This document shows, piece by piece, positions 35,801 to 47,444 of a stretch of DNA of 64,000 bases. The notes beneath the pieces were generated by a model, which saw nothing but the letters and a program-made list of their open reading frames with translations, did no database searches and had not been told where the DNA came from. A program made the translations under genes and the position numbers. The stretch comes from Corallochytrium limacisporum Hawaii. Lineage: Eukaryota > Protista > Pluriformea. Numbering within the stretch: the first letter of the stretch is position 1; each line of letters opens with the position of its first letter. The DNA lies in contig PDIP01000064.1 in assembly GCA_002811645.1 (NCBI GenBank), positions 30,521 through 94,520 on the forward strand, given 5' to 3'.

Positions 35801-36869
35801 AGAAAATTATGACAGAAGCAACGGATACGGGTCCCTTTCACACAGGATGGTCCTTGAAAGACGACCGCGGGCCGGAGAGCGATACCCCCCCCATCCCCTC
35901 CCCCCCTTTCCCCATTGACGTTGCTGCTGTTTTTTTTTTATTTTTGGGTGGACAACAGAGGGCCGTGGTCTTAGACCAGCCCACACAGAAGGCACACTTT
36001 CCAGTAGTAAGACTACCATAAGAATGTCCAGGGCAGGGATCCCGATGACGATTCTCCCACACTGATGTGCGTCGCCGCTTCATAACGGTCCATCCCCTCT
36101 TTCGTCAATTTACCCTTGCCACTCCTTTATTTTCAGTTTCCGGAGTATGGCCCACAGCTTAAGTATGGAGTCGCCCGCACTTACGACGTATGCGTGCGCA
36201 GTTCCGTGTCTCAGAGGGGTGGCAGGGGGGAAAGGTGGATCAAAAATCAAGAGGCTTTGAGTTGCCTGCTGGCATCTCCTTCTTTTGCCTCGGCATTATA
36301 TTGGTCCTGAGCATCATCGGACTCTAGTGCTGGTTGTCAACCTGTTTTTGAACATTACCATGCCTTAACTTACGATAAGTATGGGTACCCGGTGTCCGTC
36401 CCTCCATATCGGTTAGAGCAGTCCGTAACGCTGCTAGAAATCTCCATAACGGCTCTCAGGCAAGAACTTTTGGTCTGGTGCGTAATCTTCTTTCATTAGG
36501 ACTATCGCTTGATCAGAAACAGAGGGAAACAGACTAAGTTTACATGCAACAACAGGATGCTTGAGTGTAGGATAGTTAATAGCCACTTGCATCGAGCTTA
36601 CAGCCATGGAGGAGGGAAAGCCCCGTTGAGAAGACGGTGTCGCAAACTTCGGAGTGAGAAAGTACATTCCATTTGAAACCGCCCTCGTACGAAGAACTAG
36701 TGACATACACACAAAGACAATACGAAGGCAGTGATTCGATGCTACTTGAGGATCCAGCTCTTGCTCACAGTGTATGTCATGCGGGCGAACTGTGGTATCC
36801 CTGTGTTGACCAAAACACGTTCGTTCATCTTCACTTGTTCGCACAGAGAAACTATTGACATACTCGAAT

Positions 36870-38882
36870 ATGGGTCTTCAAGATCAAGCTGTCGTCGATC
36901 GCGATGCGACACACACCTACTCGGGCCGTATGGCTTTCATTCTGTCGGCCATTGGCTTTGCTATTGGTTTGGGTAACCTCTGGCGTTTCCCAATCTACGT
37001 GTACCGTTATGGAGGCGGCGCATTTTTTATCCCTTACATCTTCGGTCTGATCTTCCTGGGTATGCCCCTGCTTTTGCTTGAAACTGGTATCGGTAACGCC
37101 GCCCAGGCTGGTCCCGTTGCTGCCTTTGGCTTTATCAACCCTCGGTTCCGTGGTATTGGTGCTGCGGCCGCCTACTGCGCTTTCGTGACTTGTACCTACT
37201 ACTCTTCCATTTTAGCATGGGGTTTGGTTTACCTTGTGGAGTCCTTCTACGACGAGCTGCCTTGGGCTGTCAATGTCGATCCGAGCCAGACCTACAATGC
37301 CTCCATCTTGGATGGCCCCAACGACCACTTCTATGATGATGTTCTGAAGAGTAGCGATCCCAGTGAGACTGAGATCATTGTCTCCAGTCTCTTTGCCGGT
37401 AACTTGATTATCTGGGTTGTGAGTTACTTGGCTGTCTTCCAGGGCGCGAAGATCACTGGCTATGTTGCCTACGTCACCGTCACTGCCCCCATCGTTTTGC
37501 TTTTGGTTATCCTCATCCGTGCCGCTTCTCTGGAGGGTGCTAAGGACGGTATCAACGTATACATCGGCACTTGGGAATTCTCCAAGTTGCAGGATGGTGA
37601 GATGTGGGTCAATGCCATTTCCCAGATCTTCTTCTCTCTTGGTGTAGGTTTCGCCTCGTTGATTGGTTTTGGTTCTTACACTCATCGGGGTTTCAATGTG
37701 GTCAGCAACTCCATCATTGTAGGCGTTGGTAACTCCGTCTTCTCTTTCTTTGCGGGCTTTGCCGTCTTTGAGATTTTGGGATGGTTCTCGAACCTGACAG
37801 GTGTGCCAATCCAGGATGTGACCCCTGCAGGTCCCTCCCTGACCTTCATTGTGTATCCCACTGCCCTGGCTGAGCTGCCTGCTCCCCAATTCTTCAATGT
37901 TCTGTTCTTCCTGACCATCTTCTTCCTCGGAGTTGATTCTCTCTTTGGATTGATGGAGGGTACTGTCGCCGGCATAAACGACACCAAATACCTGTCCTTC
38001 TTGAACCACGTGCCCAAGTTTAAGATCGGTGTGATCTTTGCATTTGGTTGGCTCTTCTCTATCTGGTACGTCTCCGATGCTGGACTGTGGCTCCTCGACG
38101 TTGTCGATCACTACGTCGCTAACTATGCCCTTCTTTTCGTTGGTTGCGCTGAGGCCTTTTCTCTGTCCTGGGTCCATCTTCACGACGACATGGTCGACCG
38201 AGTTGGCTTCAAATCTATGATGCTGTTTGAGATTGCCTACCTTGGTGGTATCTTTATTGGAACCATTGTCTGCATGTTCGTCACTGAGACCTTGGGCGGT
38301 GCAGCTGCTGTTGGCGTCGGTTTCGGCGTTGGCATTGGCGTCTTTGTTCTCCTAACTGCTCTTTCTGTTTCCGCCGCCATTTCTCACTCCGGTCTGTCTG
38401 TCATGGAGGTTCTGGACCTCCTGTGTAACTACCAGATTGACGATGTCCGCACCTGGATCAACAAGACTGTCACCCAGGGCTATACCAACGGAAACATGCA
38501 GATCCCCAGATTCTGGAACCTGATGATCAAGTTTGTCGTACCGGGTACCATCATTACTCTCATCCTTATCAACGCCCGCTACCGTGTGATCGATGGGCCT
38601 TTCGGTGGCTACCCCGACTTCTATACCTTCGTGGCCGCGCTCGTCATCCTCGGTGCTATTGGTCTGTTCATGCTCGGAGTTTTCTTCCCCGAGTGCTACG
38701 CACCGGCCGACGACGCTGTAGGTGGCGACTCTGAGGACTTTGGCGTCTCCGATAAGAAGAAGCCCTCCGAGGTAGAGAGTGTTGAGGAGATCTACGAATC
38801 CAACAAAGCCAGCACCACCACTACAGACGAGCTGTTCACTGATGCTAACCGTCAGGTTGACAACAACATTTACGTTGCCTAA
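36870..38882 (+). CDS. Sodium-dependent neurotransmitter/amino-acid symporter (SLC6/NSS family)
   Basis: FILSAIGFAIGLGNLWRFP, GGGAFFIPY, QIFFSLGVGF and GPSLTFIVYP motifs; at least 12 TM segments. Confidence 0.93.
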   Translation: MGLQDQAVVDRDATHTYSGRMAFILSAIGFAIGLGNLWRFPIYVYRYGGGAFFIPYIFGLIFLGMPLLLLETGIGNAAQAGPVAAFGFINPRFRGIGAAAAYCAFVTCTYYSSILAWGLVYLVESFYDELPWAVNVDPSQTYNASILDGPNDHFYDDVLKSSDPSETEIIVSSLFAGNLIIWVVSYLAVFQGAKITGYVAYVTVTAPIVLLLVILIRAASLEGAKDGINVYIGTWEFSKLQDGEMWVNAISQIFFSLGVGFASLIGFGSYTHRGFNVVSNSIIVGVGNSVFSFFAGFAVFEILGWFSNLTGVPIQDVTPAGPSLTFIVYPTALAELPAPQFFNVLFFLTIFFLGVDSLFGLMEGTVAGINDTKYLSFLNHVPKFKIGVIFAFGWLFSIWYVSDAGLWLLDVVDHYVANYALLFVGCAEAFSLSWVHLHDDMVDRVGFKSMMLFEIAYLGGIFIGTIVCMFVTETLGGAAAVGVGFGVGIGVFVLLTALSVSAAISHSGLSVMEVLDLLCNYQIDDVRTWINKTVTQGYTNGNMQIPRFWNLMIKFVVPGTIITLILINARYRVIDGPFGGYPDFYTFVAALVILGAIGLFMLGVFFPECYAPADDAVGGDSEDFGVSDKKKPSEVESVEEIYESNKASTTTTDELFTDANRQVDNNIYVA

Positions 38883-39019
38883 ATAGTGGGTTTGACTGGA
38901 TGAAAACATGATCCAAAAACCATTAGCTTTACATACAAACTCATTTCACATACAGACTACAAAATAGCAATAATACAAAAAGGTACAAAACTACTGAAAA
39001 CAACCAATGACACAGGTAT

Positions 39020-41392
39020 TTATATAGATTCGTGATGGGCGAAAGGTGGACGAGGGGACCGCGTTCGCACCAAGGTGCCTCTGTAATCCGCGCGCTGTGC
39101 AATAAGCGACTGTAGGAAGCTTCTGGGCAGACGACTGAGATTTGATCCTTCGTCAAGAACAGCACGGACATTCTCCTCCTTCATTACAAAGACATTGCAA
39201 ACCTCATGTAGGAGGTGGAACGGCCCATCGAGGGCAGGCACTTTGAACTCATCAACAGTCTTCCTGTACTCCGCCATGTCTCGGCTGAGAATCATGCCAC
39301 CTACGGAACTTATGGTAAAACTACGCATGTGCTCCACAAGCATGCGATGGAACCTGGTCAATAGTTCGACGACGAAACGCTGGTAATTGACACCATCTAG
39401 GGAAGCCTGGAGCTTGACGCGAATGTTTTGCAGGTAGCCCACTGTCTTTTCGCAGGCCTTCGTAAGAGGTTTGCCGAGCATGCTGATGTCGTCTTCCGGT
39501 GGTCGATAGTCCTTTTTGTTCTGCGCGCTCAGCAATTTCTTCAAGTGCTCAAGGATGGCGAGCTGGACCTTTACCAGCGATTCAGCAATGCTATCTTCAG
39601 CCATGTCCTGGATCTTGTTCTTGCGATCTGTGATTTGGCGATGAATGTCATAGTGTCCACTAAGTAGCGGTTCAATCTGGTTGCGAAAATGAAGTTGCAA
39701 CAAGTGGAAGATGTAGTTTGCCACATTTGATATGTCAAAAATGTCTAAATTCGGTTCTCCTCGGACCGTACTTGAAACCCCGGAGCTGGCGCGGAAATAC
39801 AGTGCGTAAATTACATGGTCCACTCCAATCATGTCCAGTGTGGTCAGGTATACCCGACTTGCATGGTGTGCAAGTTCCTGCGGTGTCGATAGTTTCTGGA
39901 CACGTTCGCTGCTCTGCTGGGAGAGACTAATGATGCTCAGGGCTACCTCTGCACTCAACATAGTGCTTGACGCCAGGGCATCTCCTCCAAGAAATGAACG
40001 AACTGAGTAACGACTACGGTCAGCAAAGCCACTACTCAGGGAAGCACCACCCGCCAAGAACTTCTCCATGGCTTGAGTGTTTTCACTCAGCTTCACCCGC
40101 TGGTCGTGGTTAATCGATTGGTAGAATTCTTTCAGAATCGCTTGTGACTCCAGTTTGAGGTTGAAAATTTCGTCCTCGATGTAAGTTGCCGTGTATGTGT
40201 CCATGATCAGTTCACATAGACGCGATGTGAGGGAGACATCGTTGATCTCAAACTTGTTCATGCGCTCTGAGAGCTTATAGATCTGTTGGTGCAGAGTGGT
40301 CAAAATCTCAAGGTACAGATTCAAACCATCATGCTCCTTAATATCTTGCAGTACTCGGTCCACGTAGTTTTTGATCTTAATGGTAAAAACCTTTTCAATG
40401 AAACGTCCAATTACGTTCTCAGGGTCCTTGAAGATGCTGTGGATCTTTTCAACTTCTTGGTCGCATTCGTCGTAGATTTCAGCGAAAAAAGCTGTAATCT
40501 TTGCACTGTCCGGCGGCTTTGGCGGCTCAGGGAGCCTCAGTGCGGCTGGAGCGTCATCATCACCATCATCAAGTCGGTCATTGGGATCCGGAATGGTAAG
40601 GGGTGCTGGTGCCGTGGTCGCGCCGTACATGCCTCCTGAAGTACTCTCTTCCATGGCGTTTAGAAGGTACGGGTGGCGTGTGAGGTAATGATCCACACAC
40701 TGTGAGTAAGACTCAAAGGCAAAGAGGGTATGGGCGCACTCGCACATTACCTCAATGTCCTGTTCCTCGTAGGCTGTAATGTACTGGTTCATAAGATCAC
40801 GCTCGATCTCCGTGTACTTGTCTTGTACTGCCGCCCTCGCATCGTACCAGGCTTCGTTCTTGAATTCCCTACTAATTTCTCGCAGCTTGATGATAATCAT
40901 GGCTCCTTCATGAATCTTTTCTGGGTCGGTAAAGATAGAGTCCAAACGCTTGTCCTTGGCATCCCTGAACTGTGCAAAATAGTTCATGAGGCTCTTGCAT
41001 TCCTCTGCCCTAGTGCGCTTGGTGTGAAGCTGCTCCAATTGCTCACCGACGAAAGTCGCACGACCGCTGACTGCCTTCACCCGTTCATCAATATCATTGA
41101 AATTCTTTATGATGTTAGACCACCGATGAGTGACTTCGTTCAGGATATTCGTGTGTTCTTCTTTGGTATCTTTGTAACTTGTCTGCAGCATTTCCACGTC
41201 TGTTGTGGCCGACTCGCTAAGCCGTACAATATCCACGATTGCGCCCTCGAACGTAATGAGCAAAATATCGGGATCAAAATGACTGCCTTCTGTCTTTGAC
41301 CTCAAAACCACCTTGCGGTACAGTCCATCGATGAAGTCTTCTTCACTGAAGGGCTCAGTAAAGTCTGTTGCTGTCAGCTGTCTTGTCGACAT
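39020..41392 (-). CDS. EXOC5: Exocyst complex component 5 (Sec10)
   Basis: 790 aa; N-terminal FTEPFSEEDFIDGL, then VGEQLE, and C-terminal SLDGVN...ISSVGGMILSRDMAEY...QRADY typical of Sec10. Confidence 0.9.
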   Translation of the reverse strand: MSTRQLTATDFTEPFSEEDFIDGLYRKVVLRSKTEGSHFDPDILLITFEGAIVDIVRLSESATTDVEMLQTSYKDTKEEHTNILNEVTHRWSNIIKNFNDIDERVKAVSGRATFVGEQLEQLHTKRTRAEECKSLMNYFAQFRDAKDKRLDSIFTDPEKIHEGAMIIIKLREISREFKNEAWYDARAAVQDKYTEIERDLMNQYITAYEEQDIEVMCECAHTLFAFESYSQCVDHYLTRHPYLLNAMEESTSGGMYGATTAPAPLTIPDPNDRLDDGDDDAPAALRLPEPPKPPDSAKITAFFAEIYDECDQEVEKIHSIFKDPENVIGRFIEKVFTIKIKNYVDRVLQDIKEHDGLNLYLEILTTLHQQIYKLSERMNKFEINDVSLTSRLCELIMDTYTATYIEDEIFNLKLESQAILKEFYQSINHDQRVKLSENTQAMEKFLAGGASLSSGFADRSRYSVRSFLGGDALASSTMLSAEVALSIISLSQQSSERVQKLSTPQELAHHASRVYLTTLDMIGVDHVIYALYFRASSGVSSTVRGEPNLDIFDISNVANYIFHLLQLHFRNQIEPLLSGHYDIHRQITDRKNKIQDMAEDSIAESLVKVQLAILEHLKKLLSAQNKKDYRPPEDDISMLGKPLTKACEKTVGYLQNIRVKLQASLDGVNYQRFVVELLTRFHRMLVEHMRSFTISSVGGMILSRDMAEYRKTVDEFKVPALDGPFHLLHEVCNVFVMKEENVRAVLDEGSNLSRLPRSFLQSLIAQRADYRGTLVRTRSPRPPFAHHESI

Positions 41393-41771
41393 TGTTTTCG
41401 GTCCAGTCTATGTCTCTATCCCCAATCACATGATTATCTAAATTAAAGCCAATGTAGTTCTATGTGTCTCTATCGAAACGCTCTTGAACCACCAATGGTT
41501 TGGTAGCAGTTTGCGTGCAAGTACCTTGTCACAACAAACTCGGCACGCCTCCACCTACACAAATTGCCAATGACCGCCAACGCTGGCAACCCGGCCGTCC
41601 CTACCCCTCCGGGGCCCCGCTCCCTTTAGGGACAAGTGAAAACAGGTTTACCGCTGATAGTACACGGCGCAGTCCAATGGGAGAGATACGGACGAGCACA
41701 AAGAGGGAGGGAACATGACAAACCCAGGTCAAGGGGCATTGGGACATGGATTGATTGTTTGCGCTCTATTC

Positions 41772-44700
41772 TTACTTTACTTTCTTCTTCTCAGCTAGTT
41801 TCTGTGCGCGTGCGAGCGCGTCTTCAAGTTCTTTGCCATCGACGGCATTGAGGACGGTATTCCAGGTGATGGCTTCTCTGAGACAGATGGACATGTGGCG
41901 GTTCAGGTAGTCATACTCTGACTCATCAGACACTACAATGCGGTTCTGTCCCTTTGTTTCCTTGCTTGCAGGCTTTACCTTGGGCTCATCTGCATCCTGA
42001 GTAGCTTCATCTAGTGGGGCTTGCGTTGTATCATCATCCTCGGCCTTGTCCACATCCATGCCAGAGCTGGCCTGCTTGGCGTCATTTCGCAGCTGTAGCA
42101 GTTTCTTGGCCTCTTCATCTTGTTTCCTTAGGAATTTGGGTTTCAGCTCCTGACCAGACTCCATGTCCTCCAGACATTCCAGCAGCATGTCTATATACTG
42201 CTCCAGCAGCTTCGATTTCATCGCTGGGACATCACTTGCACGCATGTACTCCCACATCTCTTTCTCATCGATCTCGGCGACGACGAGCTCGCAGACACGG
42301 CGTGCGGTCTTAACGTAACGCAGCCGGTACAGGAGCTCCATATAGAAGAGCAGGTAACGCGGAGCATATCCAAGGTATGAACCAGGACGGTCAATATCAT
42401 ATTCCTTGCGATTCTGTCGCCAGAGCTGGAAGAATCGCTTTTCACCGCTGCGACTCTTACTCTTAGTCTTCTTCTTCGTCTCAAAAATCATTTGCATATG
42501 CTCAAGGGCAAGAAGCACATTCCCGTGTGAAGTGGAGGATGCGTAGATCATGGCCAGGCGGTACCGGGCCTTAAAGTAATACTTTTCCCGCTTCAGCAGA
42601 TATTGCAGCAAGTAGATTATCATATGGTGGAATTTGGCCGATGGCTTCTGCTCATCACCTTTCGCTGGCTCCCAGCGCTGGAACGCTGCAGAGGGAATCA
42701 TCTCCATAAACTCAATGGCTTTCTCGTCTGTAAGGACACGGCGCTGCACATTTTTCCACGCCAAAGAAATGACACGATAAATCGCACATACCGAGTTGTG
42801 CTTCATCCTCTTGTGGCAGTCGGTGTAGTACTCCACAGCCTTCCTTAGATCTTCTTCCATGTTGCCACGCTTGGCCAGACGCTCTGTACATTTCCCGAGC
42901 ATGTACAGAGTTGCCTCCTTTGCCACGGGAGGTTGCTCACGAGCTATCTCCTTCTCGCATTCGAGGTCACGGAGATTCTCTAGGCACTTCTTGGCATACA
43001 GGATAGGCGATTCATCGAAATGAAAAGCGACAAAGGAGGGAGGGTTGCCCCCCAGACGGATTTCCTTTGGCTTGTCAATCATTTGCTTTCGTTCCACACA
43101 GTATAAGAGGTACGCACATTTTAGGAGAAGAGCCTCCTTGTTGTCAGAGCCCTTCTCAGTTTGCGTCTTTGCGAGATCAAAACATTCATTCATGGAGTTA
43201 CCGGCGATAACAGCATTTCTGCATAGCAGAGGCTCTGACAATGCGTACCCGGTAGAGTTCATGGCAGTCTCCCAGCTTGTATAGTGTGTCAAACTAACCG
43301 CATGCCAGGTGGTCAGTCGTTCCGGATTCAGCGCCAGATCTCGCAAGAGTTGTAGATTCGAGTCAGTCAGGGACTGGTTGATGTCAAAGCGATGACGGTC
43401 AAGCATCCTGTGGGCCTCATTGTGGGTGTTACCAGGAGTCTTTGCCGACGGCGTCTTCTTCTTCACACGGTCAGATTCATTGGTGCTCCATGCCATCTTG
43501 CAGAAACCATAGACAAAGTAGAACTGTGAGACCACATCCTTTGGGAATACTTTCATAACCTCCTGAGGAATTGTTTCAAACACATCACCCGTTCGAGACA
43601 GATTCCGCTGGCCCAGCAAATATCCGCGGATTCCCTCCACCTTCTCTTCTAGTTTGCTCAAAAACTGTCCCTTGAGACTAGCTTTTGCAGATATACTGGG
43701 CTCTGCATCCAGATAGATAAAGTGAGCAGCAATGTCGATCAAAAGATCCTCAATGACGAATCCTACAGACTGATCACGGTCAATCTTGTCGAAAATGTAA
43801 GGGGCAATATTGCGGAATACCAGCATGGCACATCCCCGAGACTTAAATAGATCCTCGACAACTTCTCCAGGATGGTGTTCCTTGTTGACGCGTCCATTTC
43901 GTTGTCGTTGAATCTTGAACCCAGCAAGGCACCATAGTGTTTGCTGGTGAATCGTTCGCGGAAGTACATCACTGTCCGTGTTGATGTTGTCATGCTTCGA
44001 AAGATGGAATGCAGAGAGCTTGAGGAAGGCTAATTTCTTTGCCTTACAGACACTGTGTGCCGCTAGATCCTCATGGAGAATGCCGATTAGACGCAATGCA
44101 TCCACAGATGAAATGGTAGCATCATCGTTCTCATCTTGTTGACTCTTTGCACGAGACTCTTCGTCCATCTCAGGAAGAAACATAGCAATGGCCTGCACAA
44201 CAGCTTCTTCTGCAGCAACTCGAGCAGCCTCTTCTTCACGACGTTTCTTCTCCTCAGCGGCCTTTGCTGCTTCACGTGCTTTACGGTCTTCTTCCTCATG
44301 CTTTTTTTGCTGCCGACGAGACCGTCGGACATGGGGAGTCTCGCTATCACTTTCATCTGTGTCTGCATGACTCTGTGGAGCTGTGGAGTCCTTCTTCTCC
44401 TTTTCATCTTCCTCATCTTCGTCTTCCTCGTCCTCTTCCTTGTTCTTGTCTACGTCCTTGTCCTTATCCTTGTCTACGTCCTTGTCCTTGTCTTCGGCAT
44501 CGCTATCCTTGTCTTCGTCTTTCGTCTTCTCGGACTGGTCTGGTTGTTTCACATCAATGCGCCAAATGGTGGAGAGCTGTAGTAACATGCGCAAAGCACA
44601 AGTTGCCGTTACGTCGAGAGTTTCACTGAGCTTGCTTGCAACGACAGTAAAATTTTTCGGCAATGCTGCTATGCGTCGACGACAGTGGATGTACAGCTGG

Positions 44701-47444
44701 AGGAACAATTCTCCACATTGACGGATGAGATCCACGTTGACCTCGTCATAGTCATCAAAGTGCAAGTTCACAGAACTGCTTTCGATATAAGATACGACGT
44801 GATCAAGGAAATCCAGTGATCGATGAAAGCGCTCATCGCTGCAAGCAAAAATGAAGCAATCCTTATTGTTACGGTGTGGTGCCTGCAAGGAGTATTCCCA
44901 CCCCAGTTCCAGATGAACCAATGCAAGGACCGTTCGCAGAAAGCCATCTACATCCGACACTTTAACGTAGCTCTGCAATAAAATTCTGAGAAGTCTGGAC
45001 CTCTCTTCCTTGGACATCAGAATCGGGTCATCTTCTTCATCAGCAAAATCGCTGGCGTTCAAATAGGCAGCCGAATCGTTCACAACCAACCCATCCTCAG
45101 AGGCCTGTTCATCCTCTTCAGGCGGCAAAGACACAAGTTCTTTCCTTGTCTTGCCCAATAACACGGGTTCCAGAGCCTTGACCACATCCTCGTAAAGTCC
45201 TCTGCGGAACAATGTGTCCGTATCTACAACACTGGAGTGAACGTTAAGGGCATGACTCTTTCGCTTTAGCGCATCCAGTGTTACTTCTGTCATTGCCGGG
45301 ACATTTGCCAAAAGAATCCTTGTCTTTCTGTTGTAGTCTGCAATTCTCTGTCGCTTCTGACGTCTGGGAAATTGCTCCAAACATAACTCGTAGTACGTGG
45401 CAGCATTCTTGATGTCTTTGTGACGCTCAGCGACAATTGCCTGCATCAACAAGTATCGAATATACAGTTTGCGCACCGCCTGGTCCTTTGAGTCTGGATC
45501 CATCAACGACGAGTCACGCATCATTGCCTTGAAGATCACCCTGTCTAGCTTGTCCTTGAATGCCAGGTACAATCGCGGATTGTGCTCCTCATAATTCGAT
45601 GCGAGCTCTGTCATGTACAAGGATGCAGATGGGGATGTCTGGAATTCTGCATCACCGTTCTGTCGGTGCATGACAATATGGAACATGTCAAACAGCATGT
45701 AGTGAATCTCTTCGCTCCCAACGTTTTCTTCCGGATGTGCTACCAGAAATTCAAACATTTTTTGCACAATCTCAATCAATGGCCTACTGGTGCCATGCAA
45801 TACGTTACAGAACTCAATACAAGCCAGTTGAACGTTGTCATCTGAATCCTTCCCGGCATCAGTGGCGGCAGTTGTGTTCAGCACTTCATTTGCATCTGCA
45901 TCACGACGAGCATGTCGATCAGTGGCTTTGTCTCCACTGACAAAATCCAGACTTTGTCGTAACATTTCCTTCCATTGTTTATGGTTGATGCAGTCCAAAA
46001 TAGCTTGCTCGTACTCGTTTTCCGAAGCCTCCCTCCCCTTAGTGACCTTGTCAGGCTCTTCTATGTGACCAAGCTTGTGCCGGGAGCTGCTCTTTCGCAA
46101 CGAGGGTGTGTGGGGCACGTCATCACCGGCTTCTGCAGTCTCCTGCTCTTTCGCCTTTTCGGCACTTGCAATGTCAATTTGCATGTCTGCTGACTTTCCA
46201 CCCGGTCCAGGAGCGTGATTGGGAGTCTTGACCCCGGCTTCAGATGCGCTTGGATTCGGCACCTCTTGCACCTGCCCTTCGTCGATGGTTGAATTTAAAA
46301 TACCTGCGGCATCATTGGCAGCTAAGTTTACTCCAGTATCTTCTGGGACCTCGTTGTTCTCAACGGTCTTCTCAGAGATGAAACATTCTACGTTGTCCAA
46401 AATGCTCGGTTTGCTCTGCTTATCTTTCTTATCCTGCTCATCGTCCTTGAGAGTGGCTTTCATAAGGTCAAATATGGCCTTGATCACCACAGGCCACTTC
46501 TTTTCTTCTATGCGCAGAATGGATACCGATACCTTTTCAGAGCGTGGTACAATCGACGATGTCCCATGAAGATCACTCATTTTGGTCCACTGGTACCGAA
46601 CATTCAAAATTTGGTCAATGAGGTTCTGATCTGTCAACGGCATACTCATCAGATGCTCGTACCGACCAATGAAACCCGGAACATTCTGCATCATACCCAA
46701 TAAAGAAGGGTCTGATTGCATAGCCATGATAATGAGAGGACCAAGCTCTCCGTTGTACGAGTACCTAGCGTGTCCCTGTGTAGCCATTTCTATATACACA
46801 TCCCGGAAAAGTAACATGCAGTCTTGGAATGCCCCAATGCTGAATAAGAGGCGGATCAGTTTCTTGCGAGCTAACATGAAGCTTGGGTTAACGACAAGAC
46901 TCTGTTCCAAGGCATAGCGACTGGCAGAGACATTGCCAATCTCGTAGGCACTGAATCCCGCCCTATACCAAACAACACAGTCTGTCCGATCCACAGCAAC
47001 TGCATTCCAATAATGTTTCAGAGCACGCCTATATTTCGCCATACCGAAATAGACATCGGCAAGGTTCTTGTTTCCTAGGTACCTCAGGAACAGCGGAATG
47101 TTGCGAACGAGTGGAATTGACCGCTCTTCTTGAGCCCGGCGCACGATAGGATTGCGCAACATCTTCTTATATTTCTTGATAGCTTTCGATGCTTTACCTT
47201 TTCCATGCGCATTGAGAGCGGATTGATAGGCCGCTATGGCCTCAGCCTCAAGCGCTTCCCTCGTTTTGCCATGCTTCTGCCGTTTCCGAGGATGGGCGTC
47301 TTCACCCTCCGAATCCTCTCCACCCTCTGAGTCTTCAATATCACTGAAGTGTTCATCTTCACTCAAAACTTCCTCTTCCTCTTCAAAGAATTCTTCCTGC
47401 GGTTCTGCCCGTTTCTCCTCATTGATCGCTGCAAACCCAAACAT
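41772..47444 (-). CDS. CABIN1: Calcineurin-binding protein CABIN1 / Hir3 (HIRA complex TPR subunit)
   Basis: N-terminal FAAIN...TREALEAEAIAAYQ, TPRs (LRYLGNKNLA, DRTDCVVWYRAG), and C-terminal YFKARYRLA and LWR...IDRPGSY motifs. Confidence 0.85.
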   Translation of the reverse strand: MFGFAAINEEKRAEPQEEFFEEEEEVLSEDEHFSDIEDSEGGEDSEGEDAHPRKRQKHGKTREALEAEAIAAYQSALNAHGKGKASKAIKKYKKMLRNPIVRRAQEERSIPLVRNIPLFLRYLGNKNLADVYFGMAKYRRALKHYWNAVAVDRTDCVVWYRAGFSAYEIGNVSASRYALEQSLVVNPSFMLARKKLIRLLFSIGAFQDCMLLFRDVYIEMATQGHARYSYNGELGPLIIMAMQSDPSLLGMMQNVPGFIGRYEHLMSMPLTDQNLIDQILNVRYQWTKMSDLHGTSSIVPRSEKVSVSILRIEEKKWPVVIKAIFDLMKATLKDDEQDKKDKQSKPSILDNVECFISEKTVENNEVPEDTGVNLAANDAAGILNSTIDEGQVQEVPNPSASEAGVKTPNHAPGPGGKSADMQIDIASAEKAKEQETAEAGDDVPHTPSLRKSSSRHKLGHIEEPDKVTKGREASENEYEQAILDCINHKQWKEMLRQSLDFVSGDKATDRHARRDADANEVLNTTAATDAGKDSDDNVQLACIEFCNVLHGTSRPLIEIVQKMFEFLVAHPEENVGSEEIHYMLFDMFHIVMHRQNGDAEFQTSPSASLYMTELASNYEEHNPRLYLAFKDKLDRVIFKAMMRDSSLMDPDSKDQAVRKLYIRYLLMQAIVAERHKDIKNAATYYELCLEQFPRRQKRQRIADYNRKTRILLANVPAMTEVTLDALKRKSHALNVHSSVVDTDTLFRRGLYEDVVKALEPVLLGKTRKELVSLPPEEDEQASEDGLVVNDSAAYLNASDFADEEDDPILMSKEERSRLLRILLQSYVKVSDVDGFLRTVLALVHLELGWEYSLQAPHRNNKDCFIFACSDERFHRSLDFLDHVVSYIESSSVNLHFDDYDEVNVDLIRQCGELFLQLYIHCRRRIAALPKNFTVVASKLSETLDVTATCALRMLLQLSTIWRIDVKQPDQSEKTKDEDKDSDAEDKDKDVDKDKDKDVDKNKEEDEEDEDEEDEKEKKDSTAPQSHADTDESDSETPHVRRSRRQQKKHEEEDRKAREAAKAAEEKKRREEEAARVAAEEAVVQAIAMFLPEMDEESRAKSQQDENDDATISSVDALRLIGILHEDLAAHSVCKAKKLAFLKLSAFHLSKHDNINTDSDVLPRTIHQQTLWCLAGFKIQRQRNGRVNKEHHPGEVVEDLFKSRGCAMLVFRNIAPYIFDKIDRDQSVGFVIEDLLIDIAAHFIYLDAEPSISAKASLKGQFLSKLEEKVEGIRGYLLGQRNLSRTGDVFETIPQEVMKVFPKDVVSQFYFVYGFCKMAWSTNESDRVKKKTPSAKTPGNTHNEAHRMLDRHRFDINQSLTDSNLQLLRDLALNPERLTTWHAVSLTHYTSWETAMNSTGYALSEPLLCRNAVIAGNSMNECFDLAKTQTEKGSDNKEALLLKCAYLLYCVERKQMIDKPKEIRLGGNPPSFVAFHFDESPILYAKKCLENLRDLECEKEIAREQPPVAKEATLYMLGKCTERLAKRGNMEEDLRKAVEYYTDCHKRMKHNSVCAIYRVISLAWKNVQRRVLTDEKAIEFMEMIPSAAFQRWEPAKGDEQKPSAKFHHMIIYLLQYLLKREKYYFKARYRLAMIYASSTSHGNVLLALEHMQMIFETKKKTKSKSRSGEKRFFQLWRQNRKEYDIDRPGSYLGYAPRYLLFYMELLYRLRYVKTARRVCELVVAEIDEKEMWEYMRASDVPAMKSKLLEQYIDMLLECLEDMESGQELKPKFLRKQDEEAKKLLQLRNDAKQASSGMDVDKAEDDDTTQAPLDEATQDADEPKVKPASKETKGQNRIVVSDESEYDYLNRHMSICLREAITWNTVLNAVDGKELEDALARAQKLAEKKKVK
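44445..44493 (-). repeat. Coding tandem repeat (DKDKDV-like units) in the CABIN1 acidic linker
   Basis: ttgtctacgtccttgtcctt occurs twice with a 24-nt period. Confidence 0.7.

Noticed and set aside
37212-38183. 323-aa antisense ORF in the SLC6 gene
   Set aside because: Shadow ORF with no recognisable domain
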